DNA of 27,071 bases. Source: a virus (taxonomy: Duplodnaviria; Caudoviricetes). The notes beneath the pieces were generated by a model. That model had not been told where the DNA came from and did no database searches. It saw only the letters and a program-made list of their open reading frames with translations. Every line of letters starts with the position of its first letter. The stretch's first letter is position 1. The DNA lies in the IMG/VR virus record IMGVR_UViG_3300031228_000025, positions 1 to 27,071 of that record, one strand, 5' to 3'. Below are positions 15,106 to 23,411 of the stretch, in pieces. The position numbers were made by a program, and so were the translations under genes.

Positions 15106-17240
15106 GTCACACCCCACTCGGCAGCCAGGCGGCGCTCGGCCCGCATGACCTCCCGCATCACGTCGCCGGGCTGGACCCCGTAGATATTGTACTCGCGGCT
15201 GCCCGACCCGGTGAGGCCGCGGCTCTCGCGGTTCGAGAAGACGTCCGCTCCCCTGGGCATGGCCACGACCTCCGGTCCCCGCTCTCCGACCAGGGCGAGC
15301 CCGCCGCCGAAGCCGCGGATGCCCTTCGCCAGGTGCGGGATGGTGTTGATGTTGAAGGGGTCGATGGAGCCGCCCCCGACGCCGATGTCAGTCCCGGGGA
15401 TGTTCACCCGCGGGATGTCGATCTGGATGTTGTTCAGGAAGCCGATGAACCCGTTCACGATGTCGATGATGAAGTTGAGCGCGCCCTTGAAGGCGTCCCC
15501 GACCCCGCCGAGCTTGTCCTCGAAGAAGTCCGCGATGCCGCCCCACACGAGGCGCACGCCCTCGAAGACCAGCTTGGCCACCGCGCCGAACACCTCGAAC
15601 ACGCCGCCGATCGCCTTGAAGGCGACATCCAGCACGTTGAAGAGCACGGTGGCCGCGGCCCCGATCGCCGGGAACAGCACCTTGGCGACGGCCTCGACCG
15701 TCGGCCAGACGGCCTTGATGATGTTGGAGATGAAGGTGAACGCGGTCCCGACCGCCCCCGCGACCTGGCCCACGACGGAGCTGATGGTCGGCCAGTTGTC
15801 CTTGACCCAGCCCACGATGGCCGAGAAGACGGCCTGGAGCCGCGGCACGACCTCCTCGGAGATGAACTGGATGGCCTTGGCGATGGCCGGGATGACCGTG
15901 GTCGTGATGAAGTCGAAGGCGCCGGCCAGTATCGGCATGGTGTCCTCGGCCGTGGAGGTGAAGGCGCTCTGGATCGCCGGGATGACGTCCTCCACGACCC
16001 ACATGAAGGCGCTCACCAGTGGCGGGATGACCTGCTCGGTCAGGAACTGGAACGCCCCGACGAGCAGCGGCCACACGTTCTCGACCAGCCAGGTGAAGGC
16101 CTCGCCGATCGTGATGGCCGCGGACTCCATCGCCGCCTGGATCATGGGCATGTTGGCGAGGACCCACTCCAGCAGCCCCTGGAACACCGGGAGCAGCTGC
16201 TCGCCGATGCTCACGAGCAGGACGCCGACGGCCTGCTGAACGCGGGCCATCATGTTGGAGACCGTGGCCTGCTGAATCTCGAAGGCCTCGGCCGTCGCCC
16301 CGCTGGCCTCGCCCATGGCGGCGGTCTTCTCGGCGAAGGCGTCGGCCTGCGGGCCCGTCAGGGCCAGGACCGCGTTGACGGCCTCCACAGAGCCGAACAT
16401 CTCGCGCAGCTGGACGGTGTTGCCGCCGGTGCTCTCGGCCAGGATGTCGAGCGTCCCGGCCAGGCCGTGCTGCTCGATCATCGCCTGCCCGGACTCGTAG
16501 CCGAGGTCCCTCATGGCCTTGACCATCTTCGGGTTGCCGGCGACGATCGCCTGGAAGGTCGCCCGCAGCTGGGTGCTCACCTCGGCCGTGTTGCCGGTGA
16601 CACCGGTCAGCGTGGCCATGCTGCCGAAGAGCTCCTCCTGGGACACGCCGAGCGCCTTCGCCAGCGGGATGGCCTTCCCCATGCTGGCGGCCAGCTCGGG
16701 GAAGGTCGTCTGCCCCAGCTTCACCGTCTGGAACGCGAGGTCCGAGGCCTTCTTGACGGCCTCCTTCGAGGTGTCCCCGTAGCCCTTCGTCACCCCGCTC
16801 AGCAGGTTGACGGCGTCGGTGGTGGTCGCGAGGCCCGCCGTGCTGGCCTGGGCGGCCGTCTTCAGGATGGCCGTGCTGTCGGCGGTGTCGCCGAAGGCCG
16901 AGATGACCTGGTAAAGGCCGCCGGACAGGTCCTCGAGGGACTTGCCCGTCTCGATGGCCATGTCCTTGACGTCCAGGTTGAGCTCGCGGATGCGCTGCTC
17001 CGACTCGCTGCCCGGCCCGATCAGAGTGTGGACGTTGGCCATCTGGGCCTGGAAGTTGGCCGCGAAGGCGACGGACGCCGCGGCACCGGCGGCGAGCGCG
17101 GCGCCCACCACGAGCATGCCCTTGGCCGCGGCGGCGCCGAGGCCGCCGAAGCCCCGGCCCGCCGAGCGCAGCGCCCCGTCAAAGCCCTTCTTGTCCAGGT
17201 GCAGCTCGGCGAACAGCCGGCCGACCTTCAGTCCGCCCAT
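15102..17240 (-). CDS. Tape measure protein (TP901-like)
   Basis: 712 aa, Ala/Gly-rich and helical. LGQTTFPELA core, periodic aromatic repeats, C-terminal ALVGERGPEVV. Confidence 0.92.
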   Translation of the reverse strand: MGGLKVGRLFAELHLDKKGFDGALRSAGRGFGGLGAAAAKGMLVVGAALAAGAAASVAFAANFQAQMANVHTLIGPGSESEQRIRELNLDVKDMAIETGKSLEDLSGGLYQVISAFGDTADSTAILKTAAQASTAGLATTTDAVNLLSGVTKGYGDTSKEAVKKASDLAFQTVKLGQTTFPELAASMGKAIPLAKALGVSQEELFGSMATLTGVTGNTAEVSTQLRATFQAIVAGNPKMVKAMRDLGYESGQAMIEQHGLAGTLDILAESTGGNTVQLREMFGSVEAVNAVLALTGPQADAFAEKTAAMGEASGATAEAFEIQQATVSNMMARVQQAVGVLLVSIGEQLLPVFQGLLEWVLANMPMIQAAMESAAITIGEAFTWLVENVWPLLVGAFQFLTEQVIPPLVSAFMWVVEDVIPAIQSAFTSTAEDTMPILAGAFDFITTTVIPAIAKAIQFISEEVVPRLQAVFSAIVGWVKDNWPTISSVVGQVAGAVGTAFTFISNIIKAVWPTVEAVAKVLFPAIGAAATVLFNVLDVAFKAIGGVFEVFGAVAKLVFEGVRLVWGGIADFFEDKLGGVGDAFKGALNFIIDIVNGFIGFLNNIQIDIPRVNIPGTDIGVGGGSIDPFNINTIPHLAKGIRGFGGGLALVGERGPEVVAMPRGADVFSNRESRGLTGSGSREYNIYGVQPGDVMREVMRAERRLAAEWGVT

Positions 17241-17247
17241 GCCCCGA

Positions 17248-17586
17248 TTATCCCTGCTCGGGCGCCCGGCCCGTCTTCGGGCTTGGGTCCTTCTTGCGAC
17301 CGCCGCCGAACATGCCGCTGAACACGGCGGAGACCTCGGCCTTCGAGCCGGTGATGACGCGCGTGTCCTTGTCGCGGTCCAGGCGGTAGCGCCTCACGGT
17401 CGCCCTGGACGCGGCGGCGGACTGGGGCCCGAGTCCCCGGAGGAGTGTCGCGAACCGCCGCCAGCTCATGGAGCCGAGGATCGGCGGGTCCGATAGGTCG
17501 AGGTGGTACTCCCGCTGGAAGTCAGCCTCGACGAGCGCCCAGTCCGCGATCAGGCGGAAGGCTTCCGACCCCTCCGGGTCTTCCGG
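17248..17586 (-). CDS. Tail assembly chaperone frameshift extension (gpT-like), reached by -1 frameshift
   Basis: The -1 frame is open from the slippery site and reads ...DWALVEADFQREYHLDL...MSWRRFATLLRGL. Lies directly before the TMP. Confidence 0.75.
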   Translation of the reverse strand, partial: PEDPEGSEAFRLIADWALVEADFQREYHLDLSDPPILGSMSWRRFATLLRGLGPQSAAASRATVRRYRLDRDKDTRVITGSKAEVSAVFSGMFGGGRKKDPSPKTGRAPEQG

Positions 17587-17951
17587 TTTGGGACCGCGTC
17601 CTCGGTGGCGACGAGCTGGTCGGGCCAGGCGTTGAAGGCCTGGATGACCAGGTCGCCGAGCTCGGTCGCCGGGATGCGGTTGACCTGGAGAATCTCGCGG
17701 AAGTTGTCGCGGCCGAACAGCGCGTCGCCGATCGCCGTGAGGGACTCGACGGAGACCTCCGCGTCGACGCCGAGCGCCTCCTTCAGGCGGACGACGTCCA
17801 GGACGATCGACGCCGGCGGCTCGGGCGGCAGGGGGTACTCCTTGCCCCCGATCCGGAACATGATCGGCGGCCGGGTGTCCTCGCCCTCCCTGGCCTGGCG
17901 CTCTGCGCGCCAGGCGTCGAAGTCGATGACCTTGGCGTTGTTGTTGCTCAT
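17550..17951 (-). CDS. Tail assembly chaperone (gpG-like)
   Basis: AAGGAG RBS before ATG 17951. An alternative coupled ATG lies at 18059. IDFDAWRAE...FRIGGKEYPLPPEPP. Confidence 0.8.
   Translation of the reverse strand: MSNNNAKVIDFDAWRAERQAREGEDTRPPIMFRIGGKEYPLPPEPPASIVLDVVRLKEALGVDAEVSVESLTAIGDALFGRDNFREILQVNRIPATELGDLVIQAFNAWPDQLVATEDAVPNRKTRRGRKPSA
17586..17592 (-). other. -1 programmed frameshift slippery heptamer C CCA AAC
   Basis: X XXY YYZ in the correct phase near the gpG 3' end. A -1 shift joins the 17248-17469 ORF frame. Confidence 0.75.
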
Positions 17952-18055
17952 GGGTCTCCTTGTGATCCTCATCGCCTCTGGGGCGTTCGTGCGGCCCTCC
18001 ATCAGGGCGTCCAGGCCCGCGAGCACCTCGGGGGCGGTGAGTGGGGCCTCGGTCG

Positions 18056-18496
18056 TCATGCCGGGCGGTGGGTCGAGCCGCGCCGGGTCTCGGCGCGGAT
18101 GTTCATCGTGAACCGGTGGCGGCCGCTCTCGTCGGTGCCCAGGCGGTTGGGGCCTGACTGGACGACCAGCGCGTAGGCCAGGAACAGCCCGTTCGGGAGC
18201 TCGGTGTACCGGAGGGCGTGGACGAAGTCGTAGATGGCCCACCACACCGCCCTGGCGGCCTCGGGGTCGGCGCCGCCCCGGACGACGACCTGGACGGTCG
18301 GCGCGTCGAAGGGCAGCAGCGAGTCGGCCTCGAACCCGCCGGTCGAGTAGACCCCGACGGCGAGGTCCGGCTCGGGCGGCATGTCGTCCTCGAAGACGTT
18401 GACGCCGGTCGCCCCGGCCGCGATGCTCCACTTCAGCCCGGCGACCCCGCCGGGCTCCGCGCCGATCGCCTGGGCCAGGCCCGTAGAGAGGCTCAT
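18056..18496 (-). CDS. Tail terminator ('minor capsid'-type)
   Basis: VFEDDMPPEPD.AVGVYSTGG...PTVQVVVRG...LGTDESGRHRFTMN. Starts at MSLSTG by ATGA overlap. Confidence 0.8.
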   Translation of the reverse strand: MSLSTGLAQAIGAEPGGVAGLKWSIAAGATGVNVFEDDMPPEPDLAVGVYSTGGFEADSLLPFDAPTVQVVVRGGADPEAARAVWWAIYDFVHALRYTELPNGLFLAYALVVQSGPNRLGTDESGRHRFTMNIRAETRRGSTHRPA

Positions 18497-18864
18497 CGGA
18501 ACCTGCCCCTGACCTCGGCGGCCATCGCCTTCAGCAGGGAGGGCCGGCTCTGCTTCACGGCCGTCTCCAGCCACTTGCCCTCGCCGCTGCCGCGGAAGCT
18601 GTACTCCGGGTTCTCGTGCTGCTTGGCCGCGTGGGCGGCCTGGTAGCCGACGATCGCGAGGCCCTTGCCGTCGTCGTTGACGAAGGCGCTGTCCTTGAGC
18701 TCCCCCGTCTCGTAGGGGGTGATGGGGTCGGCGGTTCGCAGCACGGCCTTCGCCGCGGCGCGCGAGCCGAGCACCGTGCCGCTCCGGGCCGCCTCCTCCG
18801 CCTCGTGCGGGTTCCAGTCGACGTGCGAGCGGTTGCGCTTCCTGATCTTCACGCCGCCGGCCAT
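18493..18864 (-). CDS. Neck / tail completion protein (HK97 gp10-like)
   Basis: TPYETGELKDS...YQAAHAAKQHE...GEGKWLE. TGATG coupling. Confidence 0.75.
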   Translation of the reverse strand: MAGGVKIRKRNRSHVDWNPHEAEEAARSGTVLGSRAAAKAVLRTADPITPYETGELKDSAFVNDDGKGLAIVGYQAAHAAKQHENPEYSFRGSGEGKWLETAVKQSRPSLLKAMAAEVRGRFR

Positions 18865-19181
18865 CAGGGAAGCCTCCCCAGGACAAGCTCCTGGTGGGTG
18901 GGCCGGAACTCGTCCGGCATGGGGGCGGCCTGGAGCACCCGGTAGGCCTGAGCGCCGATGGCCACTCGGCTGAGCATGGGGATGTCGAGCTCCGGCCGGA
19001 CCAGCACGACGTACGCCGCGACCTCCTCGTTGCCCTCGGGGTTCATGACGAGGCGGGTCGTGGCCTGGACCGATGCGTGGACCGGGCCCACCGGGTCCGC
19101 GTAGCCGGGCCCCCGGCTGCCGCCGGCGGCGTACGGCTCGAAGGTGATCCGGTCGCGCAGCATGTGCCGCGGGATTCTCAT
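18864..19181 (-). CDS. Head closure (stopper) protein
   Basis: 105 aa, beta-rich. Located between the adaptor and neck genes. Confidence 0.7.
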   Translation of the reverse strand: MRIPRHMLRDRITFEPYAAGGSRGPGYADPVGPVHASVQATTRLVMNPEGNEEVAAYVVLVRPELDIPMLSRVAIGAQAYRVLQAAPMPDEFRPTHQELVLGRLP

Positions 19182-19594
19182 TCGATCCAGACACGGGCGC
19201 TGAGCAGGCCCGCCTCCACCAGCCGGTCCCGCGCCCGGGCGCCGAGGCGGCCCGGCAGCTTCCCGATCTGGAGCCGCCCGGCGTTCGCGAATCCGGTCAG
19301 CCCGACGATGTCGTGCTCCTCGCCGAACTCGAGCCAGAACTCCACCTGCGCGCAGGCCGCGTCGGCGAGCGCCTCCTGGTAGTCGTCCTGGGTCCAGGGC
19401 GTGACGGGGTGGGCGGGGATGAGGTGGCCCTGGGACAGCCGGCCGTCATAGGCCTGCTGGGCCCGGCCGCGCGTCGCCGTGTCGATGAGCTGGGAGGCGC
19501 GCCCGAGCATCCGGGTGGCCTCCTCCTCCTCGGGCGCCGTGTAGGTGGCGCCGAGCCAGCTGGCGAGCTGGTCGGGGGTGGCGTAGGTGGTCAT
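19178..19594 (-). CDS. Head-to-tail adaptor
   Basis: YATPDQL...LGRASQLID...ADAACAQVEFW...ARDRLVEAGLL pattern. Confidence 0.8.
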   Translation of the reverse strand: MTTYATPDQLASWLGATYTAPEEEEATRMLGRASQLIDTATRGRAQQAYDGRLSQGHLIPAHPVTPWTQDDYQEALADAACAQVEFWLEFGEEHDIVGLTGFANAGRLQIGKLPGRLGARARDRLVEAGLLSARVWIE

Positions 19595-20667
19595 GATCCC
19601 TCCAGGCGGGCCTCGAGGTCCGCCCTGCTGCCGCGGGCCGACTTGCCCAGGGCCTTCACGGCCGCCTGGAGCTCGCGATAGCCCATGGGTGGCTCATCTG
19701 ACTCGTCCATGCGCTGAGAGGCCTCCACGGGCCCCGTGTCGCGCCGTGCGCCGTCCATGAGCCTGGCGGCCATGTCCACGTCCTCCCCGGCGGAGTCGAC
19801 CTCGCGGAGGCCGGACTTCGGGTTGGCCAGGGCGTAGTGCCGCAGCGCGTCGGCGTCCTTGCCGGACGCGGTGTATCGGCCGCCGGCCAGCTTGTAGCTC
19901 CGGCCCTCCATCAGAATCCGCAGGGCGGGGTACTTCGTGTTCCGGAAGGTGGCCTGTTCGTTGCTCATCACATGGGCATCATAGGCCAGGGGCACCTCGT
20001 AGCGGGAGGGCCGCGTGAACTGGGACCGGACCCAGGTCCCCGCCGCGCCGTCCCTCCACCAGGAGTCGTCGCTCGACAGGAACAGGCCCTCGGTCAGGTG
20101 CCGGCTCTTCCCGTCCTTGGCCGGGCGCGACGGGGGCCGGTGGGCGTTCCCGTACATCGTCCGCCACTGGGGCGGGATGTCGGTCGTCCAGGCCAGGGTG
20201 TCCCGGGCGGTCTCGAGCAGCAGGGACCGGTCCATGACCACCGGCACGTGCAGCTCGTACGAGAGGGGGTCCTCGATGCCGCGCTCCTCCAGCGCCTTCT
20301 TCGTCTGCCTCAGGCTCTTGCGCCAGGGGCCCGGCTTCACCCTGGCCAGGTGCTCGGCCAGTGGCCCGCGGTGCAGGAAGGGGATGGAGCGGACCGGGCC
20401 CGTCACGAAGAAGTCGTCGTTCATGATGAGCAGCCGGTCGGCGTCGATCGCCTCGCAAGCGAGGCGCAGGTTGTCCGGCACGTTGCGCCACTTGTCCCCC
20501 GCCAGGTTGCCCTGGACGAACTCGACCCCCTTCAGCCATCGGGGCAGGTACCCCACGACCCACACCCGGGCGTGCGGCACGTTCTCCTCGAGGGTCCTGA
20601 GCGAGTAGCGCAGCTCGTCGTTGAACTCCCCCGGCCGGGTGATGTAGACGACGTCGGGCGGAATCAT
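19591..20667 (-). CDS. Stealth-family (CR2-like) phosphotransferase fused to a C-terminal SAP/HeH-like head-module protein
   Basis: DVVY, NDELRYSLRTLEENVP, LLIMNDDFF and YELHVP motifs. C-terminus YRELQAAVKALGKSARGSRADLEARL is SAP/HeH-like. Confidence 0.75.
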   Translation of the reverse strand: MIPPDVVYITRPGEFNDELRYSLRTLEENVPHARVWVVGYLPRWLKGVEFVQGNLAGDKWRNVPDNLRLACEAIDADRLLIMNDDFFVTGPVRSIPFLHRGPLAEHLARVKPGPWRKSLRQTKKALEERGIEDPLSYELHVPVVMDRSLLLETARDTLAWTTDIPPQWRTMYGNAHRPPSRPAKDGKSRHLTEGLFLSSDDSWWRDGAAGTWVRSQFTRPSRYEVPLAYDAHVMSNEQATFRNTKYPALRILMEGRSYKLAGGRYTASGKDADALRHYALANPKSGLREVDSAGEDVDMAARLMDGARRDTGPVEASQRMDESDEPPMGYRELQAAVKALGKSARGSRADLEARLEGS

Positions 20668-21338
20668 GCCGGGGGTAGGCCCTCCCAGGAGCCCAGGCGG
20701 TCGGCCCCGTGCCGGCCGACGAACGCGGCCCGGACGATCGCGTCGTGCGGGTCGGGATGGGCCCGGAGGACGTGATGGGGCGCGATGTGCCGGGCCCTGA
20801 CGCCGGCCCTGGTCGTCCGGTACCCCGCCTTCCGGGCGCGGATGGCCCAGTCCATGTCGGCCATCCTCCGCATCCGGTGGCCGTCCAGCAGCCCGACCAT
20901 GGGGAGGATGGCCCGGGGGAACAGGTACCAGGCTCCCCAGAACGAGCCGCGCATCGTCGCGTCCCAACGGCGGCGGGTCACGCCGTCGGCCTTGTAGTCG
21001 AGGGGGCTCGCGATGCCGTCGTTCCCCGCGGCCTCCAGCAGCGCCGGCAGCCACCCCCCGGGGACCCTGACGTCGATGCTGCCGACCACCACGTGGGCGC
21101 CCCCGGCCTCGGTGGCCAGGAGGGCGTGATTGACGGCGAAGGCCCAGCCCTGGGGAGGGTCCGCCCGGATGACGAGGTCCGCCCGCCCTGAGTTGCGGGG
21201 CAGGGGCCCAGAGTGGGACAGGACCAGCCGGCGCTCGCCCGCGGCCGTCGTCTCGAGGATGTTGTCGATGCAGTCCTCGGTCATCCTCAGGCTCGCCCCG
21301 TCGAAGGCCCAGGAGGGGATGATGATGTCGGTGCTCAT
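20664..21338 (-). CDS. GT2-like (GT-A fold) glycosyltransferase
   Basis: TDIIIPSW, GWAFAVNHAL, VVGSIDVRV...WLPALL, VGLLD...ADMDWAIRARKAGY. ATGA-coupled on both sides. Confidence 0.8.
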   Translation of the reverse strand: MSTDIIIPSWAFDGASLRMTEDCIDNILETTAAGERRLVLSHSGPLPRNSGRADLVIRADPPQGWAFAVNHALLATEAGGAHVVVGSIDVRVPGGWLPALLEAAGNDGIASPLDYKADGVTRRRWDATMRGSFWGAWYLFPRAILPMVGLLDGHRMRRMADMDWAIRARKAGYRTTRAGVRARHIAPHHVLRAHPDPHDAIVRAAFVGRHGADRLGSWEGLPPA

Positions 21339-21748
21339 CCGGTGAGCCGCTCCTTGATCTGGGTCGTGGACTGGAGCCTGAGCGGGATGAAGGCCAGGGT
21401 CAGCTCCAGCTCGTCGAAGTCCGCCGGGGTCATGCCGATCTGGCCGAGGTAGTCCTTGCCGCGGCCCGGCATCCAGTCGTCCCCGATCGCGAGGACGTCC
21501 GGCCGCACCCGGTAGACCAGCTCGCGCCCTGGGCCGTCGTTGACCTCGACCCGGTGGCCCAGCCTGGCCACGAGCTCCAGGCGCTCCCCCAGGGAGTACG
21601 CCGGGCGGCGTCCCTTGTAGGTCTCGACGAACTCGTCGGAGTTGACCCCGACGACCAGCTCGTCGCCGAGCTCGAGGGCCTTGAGGAACAGGTACGCGTG
21701 GCCCAGGTGCGGCACGTCGAACGTGCCGATGGTCAGGACGGTTCTCAA
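21335..21748 (-). CDS. Cytidylyltransferase, glycerol-3-phosphate cytidylyltransferase (TagD)-like
   Basis: TIGTFDVPHLGH (HxGH), GVNSDEF...KG, ER, GDDW and STTQIKER motifs. TTG start at 21748 with GGAGG 8 nt upstream. The ORF track starts it at 21808. Confidence 0.85.
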   Translation of the reverse strand: MRTVLTIGTFDVPHLGHAYLFLKALELGDELVVGVNSDEFVETYKGRRPAYSLGERLELVARLGHRVEVNDGPGRELVYRVRPDVLAIGDDWMPGRGKDYLGQIGMTPADFDELELTLAFIPLRLQSTTQIKERLTG

Positions 21749-21822
21749 GGGGCGGACCTCCAGGGGGCTCTTGGGGATGAGAGGGGCCCCGTCCCCCACG
21801 GGGCCCATCTCCCAGCATAGCG

Positions 21823-21853
21823 CGAGGGGCCGGGCGTCGTGCCCGGCCCCTCG
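21823..21853 (-). terminator. Perfect 13-bp GC hairpin after the tail tube gene
   Basis: CGAGGGGCCGGGC-GTCGT-GCCCGGCCCCTCG. No U-tract. Confidence 0.65.
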
Positions 21854-21874
21854 GCCGTTCTGGGTCGGGTTCGG

Positions 21875-22324
21875 TCAGCTCGAGGCGCTGGCCGGGGTGT
21901 AGGTGGGCTCGCCGGTCATCTCGATCGACGCCGCCCAGGAGGCCGCGTCGTTGTGGCCGCCGCCGGGCCGCGTGAGCTCCGCCGTCGCCGCGAACTGGAG
22001 GGCGTTCCCGCCCGGGTCCGTGATGCGGTAGGTCTCCTCCGCGGCCAGGCCCATCTCCTGGGCGCTGGTCTCGATGTACTCCTGCCCCGGGTCCTTCTCG
22101 CCGCTCTCGACGTCGACGAGCGCGAAACCCGCCAGCTCCCACGAGTCGCCGCGCTGCGCGACCAGGTGGGTCGGCCGCCCGTTCTCGTCGAAGCCGGTCG
22201 TGTCGGCCCGCTCCGTGGAGGGGGAGTGCGTGAGGGTGTTGAGGCCGCCGATCGGGGTCCAGGTGTCCACGGCCGTCTGGACCTCAATGGTCAGGTCGCG
22301 GGCCAGGAACTTCGTCCGTGCCAT
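21875..22324 (-). CDS. Major tail tube protein
   Basis: WTPIGGL..L...ADTTGFDENG...DPGQ...YRITDPGG...GGGHNDAASWAASIEMTGEP. GAGGAG RBS. Confidence 0.8.
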   Translation of the reverse strand: MARTKFLARDLTIEVQTAVDTWTPIGGLNTLTHSPSTERADTTGFDENGRPTHLVAQRGDSWELAGFALVDVESGEKDPGQEYIETSAQEMGLAAEETYRITDPGGNALQFAATAELTRPGGGHNDAASWAASIEMTGEPTYTPASASS

Positions 22325-22357
22325 CAGGTTGTTCTCCTCGTTGGTGTGAGGCTCATC

Positions 22358-22382
22358 GGGGCGGGCTCGACCTGCCCGCCCC
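22358..22382 (-). terminator. 9-bp GC hairpin after the major capsid gene
   Basis: GGGGCGGGC-TCGACCT-GCCCGCCCC. Confidence 0.5.
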
Positions 22383-22393
22383 TAGCCCGATGG

Positions 22394-23362
22394 TCAGCTG
22401 GACGCCGAGCCGAAGTCGCTGCCGACGTTCACGATCTTGCCGTGGTGGAACTCGGCCCCGTAGGCCAGCCCCACCTCGCCGTAAATCTGCTCGGCGTCGG
22501 CGGACCCGGTCTTGCCCAGCGGCTCCTGGAACAGGAAGCCCTTGCCCGGGATCATGAGGAAGACGGGCGCCAGCTCCTCGAGGGAGACCACGGCGAGCTC
22601 GTCGACCGGCATGTACCGGTTGAGCATGATGTTCAGGAGGCCGAAGTCGGTCTCGATCCGGACCACGTTGGCCCCGCCCACGTTCGCGGTCGTGGGCGTG
22701 TAGCCCGCGTCCGTGATGTAGGCCTTCGTCAGCTGGCGCTTGAGCGTCGAGTTGACGATGACGGTCCGGGTCTCGCCGGCCGCGATGCCGCCGTTGTCCC
22801 AGATGTCCTGGAGCAGGTCCTCGAACAGGACGCGCGTCAGCGTCGCCCCGTTCAGGTCGGTCACATTCGTCGTGATCGCCTCGAGCAGCCCGCGGGTCTT
22901 GCGCGGGGTCGCGTTGGTGGACGGCTCCGCGAAGGTGCCGTTGATGAACGCGTACTCCAGGTCGCGGGCGATCTGAGTGAGCGCCTGCGCGCTCTGCCAG
23001 GCCATCTCGTTCTGGACGTTGCTCGCGCCCGGCGTCAGGACGTCCGCATCCATCTGCCCGACCGCCGCCTGCTTGGTGTACGAGACCTCGACGGACTCGT
23101 GCACGATCTGGACCACGTTGTGGTCGAACGCCCGGACGCGGTTCTCCGGATCGGGGGCGTCCGCGCCCTCGAGGCGGGCCCGGTCACTGGCGTCCCGGAG
23201 GTCGTAGAACGACCACTCGAAGCGCTTGGCGTTCGTCTGCTCGCCGCCAGTCAGCCCGCCGATCGCCGTGATGAGCGGCGTGTCGGTGGGGCTGATGCTG
23301 AACAGCTCGCCCACGAAGTTGGGGAGGTTGAAGGTCGTCCCCTGACCCACGATGCCTGCCAT
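22394..23362 (-). CDS. Major capsid protein (SU10/DUF5309-like, HK97 fold)
   Basis: ISPTDTPL, NVVQIVHESVEVSYT, IARDLEYAFING, RKTRGL, IETDFG, LGKTGSAD..QIYGEVGL. Follows the scaffold gene. Confidence 0.9.
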   Translation of the reverse strand: MAGIVGQGTTFNLPNFVGELFSISPTDTPLITAIGGLTGGEQTNAKRFEWSFYDLRDASDRARLEGADAPDPENRVRAFDHNVVQIVHESVEVSYTKQAAVGQMDADVLTPGASNVQNEMAWQSAQALTQIARDLEYAFINGTFAEPSTNATPRKTRGLLEAITTNVTDLNGATLTRVLFEDLLQDIWDNGGIAAGETRTVIVNSTLKRQLTKAYITDAGYTPTTANVGGANVVRIETDFGLLNIMLNRYMPVDELAVVSLEELAPVFLMIPGKGFLFQEPLGKTGSADAEQIYGEVGLAYGAEFHHGKIVNVGSDFGSASS

Positions 23363-23411
23363 CGTTATCTGTCAGTCCTCTCTGTCTTGGGCTCGGTGAC
23401 GACCTTTGTGG

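Noticed and set aside
20664-21338. GT2 as a DNA (hmC) glycosyltransferase partnering the TS homolog
   Set aside because: It lies in the late structural arm, coupled to TagD-like and Stealth genes and far from the nucleotide genes. A virion or envelope target fits better, though a DNA role is not formally excluded.
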